Assembly: GCA_965250285.1 (NCBI GenBank)
Contig: OZ252299.1
Span: forward strand, 3,264,001-3,328,000
Source of the DNA: Myxococcota bacterium
Lineage (GTDB): Bacteria; Myxococcota_A; UBA9160; UBA4427
Reading direction: 5' to 3'
DNA: 64,000 nt
Shown: positions 1 through 8,469 of the stretch, piece after piece
Position numbering within the stretch: the first letter of the stretch is position 1
How the letters are laid out: each line of letters starts with the position of its first letter
Notes under the pieces: generated by a model
Databases searched by the model: none
The model's input: only the letters and a program-made list of their open reading frames with translations
Told to the model about the DNA's origin: nothing
Program-made: the position numbers and the translations under genes

Positions 1-2
1 GC

Positions 3-635
3 GTCGAGCGGCGGGTGATCCCACTCGACGGCCGCCGTGCCGCCGCGGTGACGATCCTCGTCGTCGAAGGGCGCGCCCCCGCCGAGAACTACGTGCGGGT
101 GCACGAGGGCGAGGCCGAAGGGGTCCCCCACGACGTCGACCACGGCGAGGCCTGCTTCGTGCTGACGCGGCGCGCACCGCGACTCAGCGCCCACGCGGGC
201 CAGTGGGCGCTGCCGGGCGGCCGCCTCGACGCCGGCGAGAATGCCACCGAGGCCGCGCTGCGCGAGAGCGACGAAGAGGTCGGCGCGACGCTCGGCGCCG
301 GCGACGTCCTCGGCCTGATGGACGACTATGCCACGCGTTCGGGCTACGTGATCACGCCCGTCGTCGTCTGGGCACCGGCCGGCGCGCAGCTCGAGGCGAA
401 CCCCGACGAGGTGACCGAGCTCTACCGCGTGCCGCTCGGGGCGCTCGAGGCCCCAGCCGTGCCTCGGCTGCGCACGATTCCCGAGAGCGATCGGCCGGTG
501 ATCTCGGTCGAGATCGTCGGCACCCATGTGCACGCACCGACGGCGGCGATCCTCTACCAGTTCCGCGAGCTCGGCCTGCGCGGTCAGCACACCCGCGTCG
601 ACCACTACGAGCAGCCGGTCTTCGCCTGGCGCTGA
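3..635 (+). CDS. Nudix hydrolase, CoA pyrophosphatase (NudL/PCD1-like); probably 5'-truncated by the window edge
   Basis: Nudix box GGRLDAGENATEAALRESDEEVG preceded by LTRR..L..HAGQWALPGG, typical of CoA pyrophosphatases. The frame is open from the window start; first GTG at 15. Confidence 0.85.
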   Translation, partial: VERRVIPLDGRRAAAVTILVVEGRAPAENYVRVHEGEAEGVPHDVDHGEACFVLTRRAPRLSAHAGQWALPGGRLDAGENATEAALRESDEEVGATLGAGDVLGLMDDYATRSGYVITPVVVWAPAGAQLEANPDEVTELYRVPLGALEAPAVPRLRTIPESDRPVISVEIVGTHVHAPTAAILYQFRELGLRGQHTRVDHYEQPVFAWR

Positions 636-751
636 ACCACCCGACTGCGGCGAACACCCCATCGTTGCGCGGCGCGATGGCTCGCTATGGTAGGGATCGA
701 CGCAGGCCGGTGTCGGCCGGCAAGCACCACGGCAGAAGCGGCAGCGCACGC

Positions 752-1348
752 ATGGACGAACAACTCGAAGAGGTCTCGAAGCGCCTGCGGGCGTGGCGGG
801 ACGAGGCGGGGCTCACCCTGCAGCAGCTCGCCGAGCGCTGCGGCGTGGCCACGAGCACGATCCAGAAGATCGAGACGCGGCAGATGGTGCCGACGGTCGC
901 GGTGCTGCTGAAGATCGCCAACGGCCTCGGTCGGCGCGCAAGTGACTTCGTGAAGAACGAAGATGCCCGCTTCGACGTGCACCACACGACGGCGTCCTCG
1001 CGTCGCAGCCTCGGCGACGGCGAGAAGCTCGAGATCGAGCGGCTCGCCGGCGATCTCCACGGCTCGGCGCTCGAGGTCTGGCGCGTGCGTCACGGCCCGG
1101 GCTCGGGCCTCTTCCAGGACGGCTTCCATTTTCGGGGCGAGCTTCTCATCGTCTGCGAATCGGGCGAGGTCGACGTAAGCGTCGAGGGCAAGGAATACGT
1201 GCTCGGCGCCGGCGACTCGCTGCACTTCAAGGCCGAGCTCCCGCACGGCTGGACGAACCGCGGCGACGAGAGCGCCGTGCTGACCGTGATCGGGCAGCTG
1301 CCACCGGCGCTCCGCGCGGTGCTCGAGGGCGACGCCGAGGCGCAGTGA
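752..1348 (+). CDS. XRE-family HTH transcriptional regulator with C-terminal cupin domain
   Basis: N-terminal HTH (LRAWRDEAGLTLQQLAERCGVATSTIQKIET) and cupin motif (GEVDVSVEGKEYVLGAGDSLHFKAELPHGWTN). ATG at 752. Confidence 0.88.
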   Translation: MDEQLEEVSKRLRAWRDEAGLTLQQLAERCGVATSTIQKIETRQMVPTVAVLLKIANGLGRRASDFVKNEDARFDVHHTTASSRRSLGDGEKLEIERLAGDLHGSALEVWRVRHGPGSGLFQDGFHFRGELLIVCESGEVDVSVEGKEYVLGAGDSLHFKAELPHGWTNRGDESAVLTVIGQLPPALRAVLEGDAEAQ

Positions 1349-1489
1349 GGCGGCGCAAGACCGCTGCGGCGCCTGCTACGCTGACCGCTTCCCGCACTCG
1401 ACCGACGCGACGTCGCAGGCCGGGCACCTCGTTGCCCGGGCCTTCGAGCGCGCCAACTCCTCGCCTCGACACGGCGCGGTGGAGCGCCC

Positions 1490-2962
1490 TTGAGCGACGA
1501 AGCCCCTGCATCCCGCAAGCCACAGCCCCCGAGCGACTCCCCGGCTTCGTCGTGGCTCGACCGGCTGCGCGCCCTGCGCGATCGCGATCACACCCAGGGC
1601 AGTCTGCTCGTCTCGCTCTTCGCCCTCGCTCTCCCCCTCATCGGCATGAGCCTGTTCGGCGGCGTCGTCTTCCAGATCGTCGACCTGAAGCTCGTGAGCG
1701 GGATCGGCGAGGACGCGACCACGGCCGTCGTCGTCACGAACCAGAGCATCCGCCAGGTCTTCTTCATGCTCGTCATGGGGGCGAGCTTCGGCGCGCAGGG
1801 CCTCGTCAGCCGCCACGTCGGCGAGGGGCGAGCCGACTCGGCCGACCACGTCACGGGCCAGACCCTGCTGCTCGGCGTCGGGGTCTCGCTCTTCGCGGCG
1901 ATGCTCGGCCTCGTCTTGGCTCGCCCGCTGCTGGGGGGCATGAACGTCTCGCCGACGGTGCTCGAGCAGGGCATCCCGTACCTGCGCTGGGTCCTGCTGC
2001 TCTCGGGCGGCTTCATCCTCACGAACCTCGCGAACGCCATTCTCAATGGCGCGGGCGACACGACGACGCCCTTTCTGATCGCCGTCGTGCAGACGACGGT
2101 GGGGCTGACCGCCGAGTGGATCCTGATCCAGGGGCATTTCGGTCTGCCGGCGCTCGGGATTCACGGCGTCGCGCTCGGCGCTGCATGCGGTCAGCTCGCC
2201 GGTCTGTTGCTCGTTGCGCGGGTCATCACGACCGGCAACGCCCGCGTGCACCTGCGCGCGCGACATCTGCGCCCCGACCCGCCCCTGCTGCGCCACCTGC
2301 TCGCGCTCTCATGGCCGCCGGCGCTGCAGCTGATCGGCGGATTCCTCGTGACGATCTTCTTCATCCGCTGGATGGGCGACTTCGGCCCGAAGGCCCAGGC
2401 GGCCTACTCGATCGGCCTGCGCCTCGGCATGACGACGCCGATGATCTGCTTTCCGCTGGCGGGCGCGATCGCGACGCTCGTCGGGCAGGCGATCGGCGCG
2501 GGCAACGTGAAGCGCGCCTGGCGCGCCATGGGGATCGGCATCCTCGTCCACGGCGGTCTGATGTGGAGCCTCGCCCTCTTCTTCTTCACGTTCCGCTACG
2601 AGGTGCTCGGCTTCTTCGCCGAAGATCCGGAGGTGATCGAGATCGGTGCTCGCCTGCTCGTGTGGCAGGCCGCGAGCTACGTGTTTCTCGCGTTCTACTT
2701 CGTGTTCTTCCGCGCGCTGCAGGGAGCGGGGGACGTCCGCGTCCCGATGCTGATCTCGATCGCGGGCAGCCTCGGCTTCACGCTACCGCTGGGCTGGGTT
2801 CTGTCGCGCAACTTCGAGATGGGCCCCGACGGCCTGTTCATCGCGAGCTTCGTCGGCGCGGTCGTCTCGACCACGTCGACCGGCCTGTGGGTCGCCACAG
2901 GCAACTGGACGAACGCACGCGCCCGCGCCCTCGAACGGCCGGCGGCCGAGTCGCGCGGCTGA
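1490..2962 (+). CDS. MATE family efflux transporter
   Basis: About 12 hydrophobic segments with a two-fold internal repeat (LNGAGDTTTP / LQGAGDVRVP; LVGQAIGAGN). Confidence 0.9.
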   Translation: MSDEAPASRKPQPPSDSPASSWLDRLRALRDRDHTQGSLLVSLFALALPLIGMSLFGGVVFQIVDLKLVSGIGEDATTAVVVTNQSIRQVFFMLVMGASFGAQGLVSRHVGEGRADSADHVTGQTLLLGVGVSLFAAMLGLVLARPLLGGMNVSPTVLEQGIPYLRWVLLLSGGFILTNLANAILNGAGDTTTPFLIAVVQTTVGLTAEWILIQGHFGLPALGIHGVALGAACGQLAGLLLVARVITTGNARVHLRARHLRPDPPLLRHLLALSWPPALQLIGGFLVTIFFIRWMGDFGPKAQAAYSIGLRLGMTTPMICFPLAGAIATLVGQAIGAGNVKRAWRAMGIGILVHGGLMWSLALFFFTFRYEVLGFFAEDPEVIEIGARLLVWQAASYVFLAFYFVFFRALQGAGDVRVPMLISIAGSLGFTLPLGWVLSRNFEMGPDGLFIASFVGAVVSTTSTGLWVATGNWTNARARALERPAAESRG

Positions 2963-2964
2963 GT

Positions 2965-3021
2965 TCGCAAGAACGGCGGGACGGGCGGGGTGCCCGGGTC
3001 GGGGGGTGATCGTTCTTGCGA
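2965..3021 (+). terminator. Inverted repeat just downstream of the MATE gene (possible terminator or stabilising hairpin)
   Basis: TCGCAAGAACG (2965-2975) and CGTTCTTGCGA (3011-3021) form a perfect 11-bp IR with a long G-rich loop and no U-tract. Confidence 0.35.
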
Positions 3022-3232
3022 GGGGGGGCGATTGGGTCGGGGGTGTTCGAGCGGGCCCGCGCTGTACAGAAAGCGAGGCGCTCGAGCGATCTCACACGAT
3101 CGATCCCGTTGCCAACCTCTCGACCGACCCAACGCCGCGGCGAAGCCGCGCGCAGACCCGCGCACGCCCCTTCACCCAAGCATCCGCTGCACCCAATCGG
3201 CTCGAACACAACGGCCTCGCAAGACGGACCGA

Positions 3233-3418
3233 GTCAGGGGCACGTGTTCCAGCGGAGCGACCGCCGCCCCTGCCCCGCAAGCCCGTCGCCCACGGCGCCC
3301 CGCCACAGCGGGCGGCGCAAGATCGCTCGAAGCTGAAGCGACCGGGGACATGCACGCGCCGCCACCGGAACGCCAAGCAGGACCGGAGGGAGTCGCAGTC
3401 GGAACACGTGCCCCTGAC
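3233..3418. repeat. 186-nt structured intergenic repeat, copy 1
   Basis: Perfect 18-bp terminal IR (GTCAGGGGCACGTGTTCC / GGAACACGTGCCCCTGAC). Internal blocks shared with 6406-6591 and 8470-8610. Confidence 0.9.
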
Positions 3419-3462
3419 CTGGCACCCAACCCACCCGACCAAGATCGAAACGACCCGAGGGT

Positions 3463-4350
3463 TCAGCGGGCCCCCCCCTCCCCCATGTGCATGAGGGGCA
3501 GCGGGTTCGGGCTGTCCGACGACAGGAAGTAGAGCTTCGCCGCCGGATCCTTCGACATCGCCTTCAGCGCGTCGATCGCCTGCAGCTGGATGTAGGCCGG
3601 ATTCTTCTGAATCGCCTCGTTGATGACGCTGATCTGATACGCCTCGGCATCGGCGAGGATGCGCTTGCGCTTGGCCTCCTCTTCGGCCGCCTGCCGCGCC
3701 GCCTCGGCGGCCGCGACCTGCTGCTGCTGCTCGGTGCGGAACCGCTCGAGCTCGGCCTTCTGGCGCTCGACCGCCTGCTCGCGCTCCTTCTTGCGCTCGA
3801 TCGCCTCGGCCAGCACGGGCGGCAGGTTGATCGCGCGCACGAGCACCGTCTCGACGATGATGCCCTTGTCGGCAACGTACTCGCTGATGCCCTTCTGCAG
3901 CTCCATGGCGAGCCAGTCTCGGGTCTCCTCCTTGAAGAAATCCTCGGCCCGCTCGACCTTCGTGCCCAGCTCGCGCACCAGCGAGCGGATCTTCGGCATG
4001 AGATGCACGGCCACCACGCGCTCCTCGTCACCCGTCTCCTTGTACATCATGGGCGCCTTCGAGCCATCGAGGCGGTACTGCACCGAGAGATCCATCCGCG
4101 TCAGCAGCTGATCGCGCGTCGGCACCTCGACCTGCGTGATCTTCTGCGTCTGCTCCCGCACGTCGAAGTTCTTCCAGCGATACATCGGGTTGACGGGAAA
4201 GTAGGGGCCCTCGGGATACGACCGATCGATCACGTCGCCGAAGAAGCTGGCCACACCCACGTGGCCCACTGGGACCTGGTGGAAGAACTGTCGACCGAAG
4301 AGCAGGACGAGGAGCACGGCGACGACGGGAATGGTGACCCTGAGATTCAA
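3463..4350 (-). CDS. SPFH/band-7 (prohibitin-like) membrane protein
   Basis: N-terminal TM anchor, VPVGHVGV, VPTRDQL..MDLSVQYRL and a C-terminal coiled coil. AGGAGG RBS before the TTG start. Confidence 0.88.
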   Translation of the reverse strand: MNLRVTIPVVAVLLVLLFGRQFFHQVPVGHVGVASFFGDVIDRSYPEGPYFPVNPMYRWKNFDVREQTQKITQVEVPTRDQLLTRMDLSVQYRLDGSKAPMMYKETGDEERVVAVHLMPKIRSLVRELGTKVERAEDFFKEETRDWLAMELQKGISEYVADKGIIVETVLVRAINLPPVLAEAIERKKEREQAVERQKAELERFRTEQQQQVAAAEAARQAAEEEAKRKRILADAEAYQISVINEAIQKNPAYIQLQAIDALKAMSKDPAAKLYFLSSDSPNPLPLMHMGEGGAR

Positions 4351-4535
4351 GGGAGATCCTCCTGGGTGCGGGCACGCAGTGATTGGATGACACGAGTTCG
4401 ACCGGCGGATCGGCCCGCGCGGGCGCGTTGGATGGTACCCTCCCCGCCGTCGACTCGAATGTCTCCCCTTTCACACGCGCTCCGGCCCCCACCGCACGCG
4501 ACCCGGCCGACCGAGCCGGCCCGAGAACACGACGC

Positions 4536-5369
4536 ATGCCGCGACCCCGACTCCTCGCCCTCGATCTGGACGGCACCCTGCTGCTGCCCGGCGGCGGGAT
4601 CAGCGAACGCAACGCCGAGGCCGTGCGGCGCGCCCGCGCGGCGGGGGTCGAGGTGGTCATCTGCACCGGCCGGCGTTTTCGCACGACGGCGTGGATCATC
4701 GAGGCGCTCGAGCTGGGTGGGCCCGTCGTGGTCCACAACGGCGTGCTCACCAAATCGGGGGAGACCGGAGAGACCCTGGCGGCGCACTACCTGACGGCCG
4801 ACCTCTTCGAGCACGCGCTCGAGCAGCTGCGGAGCGTGGCCGCGCCGATCGTCTACGTCGATCGCTACCACGACGGCCTCGACATGATGGTCGAGCACCC
4901 GAGCGACGCCCATGCGTACCAGGCGGCGTATCTCGCCGACTACGAAGACGTGCATCGCGTCGTGCCCCGGCTCGACGACCAGGGCCACCACGACGTCGTC
5001 ATGATGAGCCTGATGGCCGATCACGCGGCGCTCGCGGCCCTCCGCGCCCGCCTCGAGAAGACCCTCGACCCGGCCGCGCACACGAACTTCATCGAGAACA
5101 AGAACTACGAGGGCTACATCCTCGAGGTCACCTCGAGCCGCGCGAGCAAGTGGTCGGCGCTGGCCGAAGTAGCGGCGGGGATGGGGATCGGCCCCGACGA
5201 GATCATGGCCATCGGCGACGACCGCAACGACGCCTCGATGATCGAAGGGGCTGGGCTCGGCGTCGCGATGGCGAACGCGGTCGACGCCGTGAAGGCGGTG
5301 GCTGAGACCACGACCGCGAGCAACGCCGAGGACGGCGTCGCAGCCGCGATCGAGCGGCACCTGCTCTGA
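4536..5369 (+). CDS. Cof-type HAD-IIB phosphatase
   Basis: Motifs LALDLDGTLL, CTGR, SKWSAL and AIGDDRNDASMI..AGLGVAMANA. Confidence 0.9.
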   Translation: MPRPRLLALDLDGTLLLPGGGISERNAEAVRRARAAGVEVVICTGRRFRTTAWIIEALELGGPVVVHNGVLTKSGETGETLAAHYLTADLFEHALEQLRSVAAPIVYVDRYHDGLDMMVEHPSDAHAYQAAYLADYEDVHRVVPRLDDQGHHDVVMMSLMADHAALAALRARLEKTLDPAAHTNFIENKNYEGYILEVTSSRASKWSALAEVAAGMGIGPDEIMAIGDDRNDASMIEGAGLGVAMANAVDAVKAVAETTTASNAEDGVAAAIERHLL

Positions 5370-5408
5370 ACGGCGTGCGGCCGACCACGGAACGCTCAGC
5401 CGACCCCG

Positions 5409-5449
5409 AAAAAAGAAGAGCGGGGCCGAGCATACGCTCGACCCCGCTC
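5409..5449 (-). terminator. Intrinsic terminator of pilA
   Basis: Minus strand GAGCGGGGTCGAGC-GTAT-GCTCGGCCCCGCTC followed by TTCTTTTTT. Confidence 0.8.
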
Positions 5450-5474
5450 GAACTCACAACGATCGGGTCGGTTC

Positions 5475-6056
5475 TTAGAACTCCGACTGACCGAAGTTGG
5501 CGGCGCAGGGACCCACGGTCTTCAGCAGGTTGTTACCGAGGTTCGCGGGATCCGAGTTCCACGTACCGGTCGCGGGGCAACCCTGGGTGCCGGCGATGGT
5601 CGGGCCGGGGACACCACCGACGGGCGGCTGGTTGGCGACGTAGCCCCAGACCTGCGGCGTACCGTTGGCGTCGATGTCGGCCACGGCGTCGGCGGTGAAG
5701 CCCGTGAAGGCCGGCGTCACGGCGACGGAGTAGGTGAAGAAGACGTCACCCTCGGGCGACCAGCCGATCACGTCGAAGTCCGTGCCCGGACCACCGGCGT
5801 TCACGAAGGCAACCTTCTGGTTCTGGTTACCGACGGGCGGCGAGATGTTCGCCGGCACGTACGAACCGTACTCAGCGAGGTAGCTCTCCTCAGCCGTGCG
5901 GATGGCGGCGATGTTGACCTTGCCTTCCGAGGTCTTCGACTTCAGCTGGAAGCGAAGGAAGTTCGGGATGGCGATGGCCGCCAGGATGCCGATGATCGCG
6001 ACCACGATCATCAGCTCGATCAGGGTGAAACCCTTCGTGCTCTTGTTGCGCATCAT
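5475..6056 (-). CDS. pilA: Type IVa major pilin
   Basis: Class III signal KG|FTLIELMIVVAIIGILAAIAIPNF with E5, followed by LRFQLKSKTSE as in myxobacterial/Geobacter-type pilins. C-terminal Cys pair. Confidence 0.93.
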   Translation of the reverse strand: MMRNKSTKGFTLIELMIVVAIIGILAAIAIPNFLRFQLKSKTSEGKVNIAAIRTAEESYLAEYGSYVPANISPPVGNQNQKVAFVNAGGPGTDFDVIGWSPEGDVFFTYSVAVTPAFTGFTADAVADIDANGTPQVWGYVANQPPVGGVPGPTIAGTQGCPATGTWNSDPANLGNNLLKTVGPCAANFGQSEF

Positions 6057-6128
6057 AGTTTCGGTTCTCCAGATGGTGGGGAGTGCGACCACGCCCCGAC
6101 TCGAATGACTCAACTGGGTGGTTCCTAG

Positions 6129-6145
6129 AGCAACCCTGATGCCAA
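6129..6145 (-). promoter_or_regulatory. Sigma54 (-24/-12) promoter of pilA
   Basis: Minus strand TTGGCATCAGGGTTGCT has GG-N10-GC and matches TGGCAC-N5-TTGCW, about 73 nt upstream of the pilA start. Confidence 0.85.
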
Positions 6146-6264
6146 ATGGCAACGCGCCATCTCCAGGAGGTGCAACTCCTTCGTCAACCCGAGTCTCTGT
6201 CCGAAGAACTTTTTTCGAATCGAGCACCTGCGCCGATTCAGAGGTCCGAAACCGACGCTCGAAA

Positions 6265-6281
6265 GTGACGGATCCCGACAC
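6265..6281. promoter_or_regulatory. Candidate enhancer (EBP/PilR-type upstream activating sequence)
   Basis: Near-palindrome GTGACGG-ATC-CCGACAC about 120 bp upstream of the -24 element, with an A/T tract (6204-6216) in between. Confidence 0.35.
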
Positions 6282-6405
6282 CCCGACCCGCGCGCGACGT
6301 CACCCGACGTCCATCCCCAACGGATTCATCCAACGCCACCAAAACGACGCCCCTCCCGCCGCCGCACCGCGCGGCGAAAACGCGAACCACCCCCCAAAAG
6401 ACCGA

Positions 6406-6591
6406 GGGCCGGGGTCGTGTTCCAGCGGAGCGACCGCCGCCCTGGCCACGGCCTCCACGCCTCCACCGCCAGCCGTCACGGCGGGCGGCGCAAGCCCGCC
6501 CATACCCAAAACGACCGGGGACGAGCACGCGCCGCCAGCGCAACGCCAAGCAAGCCAGGAGGGAGTCGAAGTCGGAACACGACCCCGGCCC
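6406..6591. repeat. 186-nt structured intergenic repeat, copy 2
   Basis: Perfect 18-bp terminal IR (GGGCCGGGGTCGTGTTCC / GGAACACGACCCCGGCCC). Aligns without gaps to copy 1. Confidence 0.9.
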
Positions 6592-6625
6592 CGAGCACCC
6601 TCACCCGCTCTGCAAGATTCAAGCT

Positions 6626-7084
6626 CTAGTCGAAATCGAGATCGTCGAAGATCCCGCCGAGCCCTTCGTCGTCGTCCCCGAACTCTTCTTCGAAGCCATG
6701 CGCCCCGAGGTCGTCGTCTTCGAACTCATCGTCGAAGTCGTCCTCGCTCGCGACTTCGGCGCGGCGACCGTATTCGGGCGGCTCGGGATGGTCGAGCTCG
6801 CCGGCCTCGATCGACGCGCCCACGTCGTCGGGCAGCGCTTCGGCGAGGCGCTCCTGCTGCGCCTCCCACGCGACGCTGAGGGCGCCCTCTTCGGTGTTGC
6901 CGATGAACTCCGACACGGCGTCGACGTCGGGGAAGTGGCCGGGATCTTGAAAGAACCGGATCAGCTCACCGAAGGCCTTGTACGCGAAGAGCAGATCGCG
7001 CACCGGCACTTCGACGACGCGATCCTCGTCGATGTCGTCGATGCCGTACTCGACGACCTCCTGCACGGTCGTGTAGCGGGCCAT
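6626..7084 (-). CDS. Hypothetical acidic protein with D/E-rich tail
   Basis: 152-aa ORF (MARYTTVQEVVEYG...) with normal high-GC codon usage and no recognised family. Confidence 0.75.
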   Translation of the reverse strand: MARYTTVQEVVEYGIDDIDEDRVVEVPVRDLLFAYKAFGELIRFFQDPGHFPDVDAVSEFIGNTEEGALSVAWEAQQERLAEALPDDVGASIEAGELDHPEPPEYGRRAEVASEDDFDDEFEDDDLGAHGFEEEFGDDDEGLGGIFDDLDFD

Positions 7085-7248
7085 GGCTTGACTCCGGGAA
7101 CCCGAGCACGCGGCTCTTCGATGCGGACGCCCGCGAAGTGTGCGCGGCCGACCCACACGATTCAAGAGGAAACGCGACGTCGGTGCACACCGTCCGTGTC
7201 ATGCACGGACCGTTCCAACTCGCGGGCGGCTTGAAACTGAGGCGTGCG

Positions 7249-8397
7249 CTACGCGATCGCCTTGCCATCGCGCAGCGCCTGAATCTCGTCTCCCGACAGG
7301 CCGAAGTCGGCCAGCACGTCGTCGGTGTGCTGACCCGCGTGGGCCGGCGGGCGATCGAGGGTCGAGACCGTGCGGTCGAAGCGCGGCGACGGCGCCGGCT
7401 GAACGATCCCGTGGCGCTCGACGTAGGTATCCCGCGCCGCGACGTGCGGGTGATCCTTCGCCTCCATCATGCCGAGCACCGGCGCGAAGCAGACGTCGGT
7501 GCCCTCCATGATCTCGCACCACTCGGCTCGGGTCTTCTGCTTGAAGATCTCGGTGAGCCGATCCTTGAGACCGGGCCAGGCGCCCTTGTCCATCTGGTGC
7601 GGAAGCTCCTCATCGGCGAGGCCCGTGTGCTCGAGCAGCAACGCGTAGAACTGGGGCTCGATCGAACCGACCGAAACGAACTTTCCATCCTTCGTCTCGT
7701 AGGTGTCGTAGAAGTGCGCGCCGGTATCGAGCAGGTTGTTGCCCCGATCGGTCTCGTCCCACGCACCCATCGCGCGCATGCCGTGAAAGAACGCCATCAA
7801 CGTCGACGCACCGTCGACCATCGCCGCGTCGACCACCTGGCCCTGACCCGACTGCTGTCGCTCGACGAGCGCCGCGAGCACCCCGATCACGAGCAGCATG
7901 CCGCCGCCCCCGAAGTCGCCCACGAGGTTGAGCGGCGGAACGGGCTTCTCACCCTTGCGACCGATGCCGTCCAGAGCACCGGCCAGCGCGATGTAGTTGA
8001 TGTCGTGGCCGGCGGCCTGGGCCATCGGCCCTTCCTGCCCCCAGCCGGTCATGCGGCCGTAGACGATCCCCGCGTTGCGCGCGTGGCAGACCTCGGGGCC
8101 CAGGCCGAGTCGCTCCATCACGCCGGGTCGAAAGCCCTCGAGCACCACGTCGGCCTGTTCGACGAGCTTCAGCACCGTCTCGATGGCCTCGGGATTCTTC
8201 AGATCGACGGCCAGGCTGCGCCGACCCCGGTTGAGGATGTCTTTCGGCGGATCGTTCGGATCGCCGCCGCGCACGCGATCGGCGCGGTCGATTCGCACGA
8301 CGTCGGCGCCCATGTCGGCGAGCATCATCGCCGCAAAGGGGCCCGGGCCGATGCCCGCAAACTCGAGAACCTTCACACCCTGGAGGGGGCCGCTCAT
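7249..8397 (-). CDS. CaiB/BaiF family protein, alpha-methylacyl-CoA racemase-like
   Basis: [40 protein letters not shown] and [12 protein letters not shown]. Confidence 0.92.
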   Translation of the reverse strand: MSGPLQGVKVLEFAGIGPGPFAAMMLADMGADVVRIDRADRVRGGDPNDPPKDILNRGRRSLAVDLKNPEAIETVLKLVEQADVVLEGFRPGVMERLGLGPEVCHARNAGIVYGRMTGWGQEGPMAQAAGHDINYIALAGALDGIGRKGEKPVPPLNLVGDFGGGGMLLVIGVLAALVERQQSGQGQVVDAAMVDGASTLMAFFHGMRAMGAWDETDRGNNLLDTGAHFYDTYETKDGKFVSVGSIEPQFYALLLEHTGLADEELPHQMDKGAWPGLKDRLTEIFKQKTRAEWCEIMEGTDVCFAPVLGMMEAKDHPHVAARDTYVERHGIVQPAPSPRFDRTVSTLDRPPAHAGQHTDDVLADFGLSGDEIQALRDGKAIA

Positions 8398-8469
8398 CGC
8401 ATGTCTCCGATCTGGTTGTTGGGCGCCGGGGCGGCGGGGGGGAGCAGCATATCAAAGCGGCGGGTGCAT

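Noticed and set aside
2990..3532. ORFs sharing the peptide CSSGATAA...TAGGA...HAPP...EGV.VG (also 6118-6879 and 8394-8705)
   Set aside because: The similarity is explained by the nucleotide repeat; no consistent start, RBS or coding bias.
3233..6591. Repeat interpreted as integron attC sites, CRISPR repeats, or 6S RNA
   Set aside because: No RYYYAAC/GTTRRRY cores or integrase; no repeat-spacer periodicity or cas genes; three clustered divergent copies do not fit a single-copy 6S gene, though an Rfam scan is still needed.
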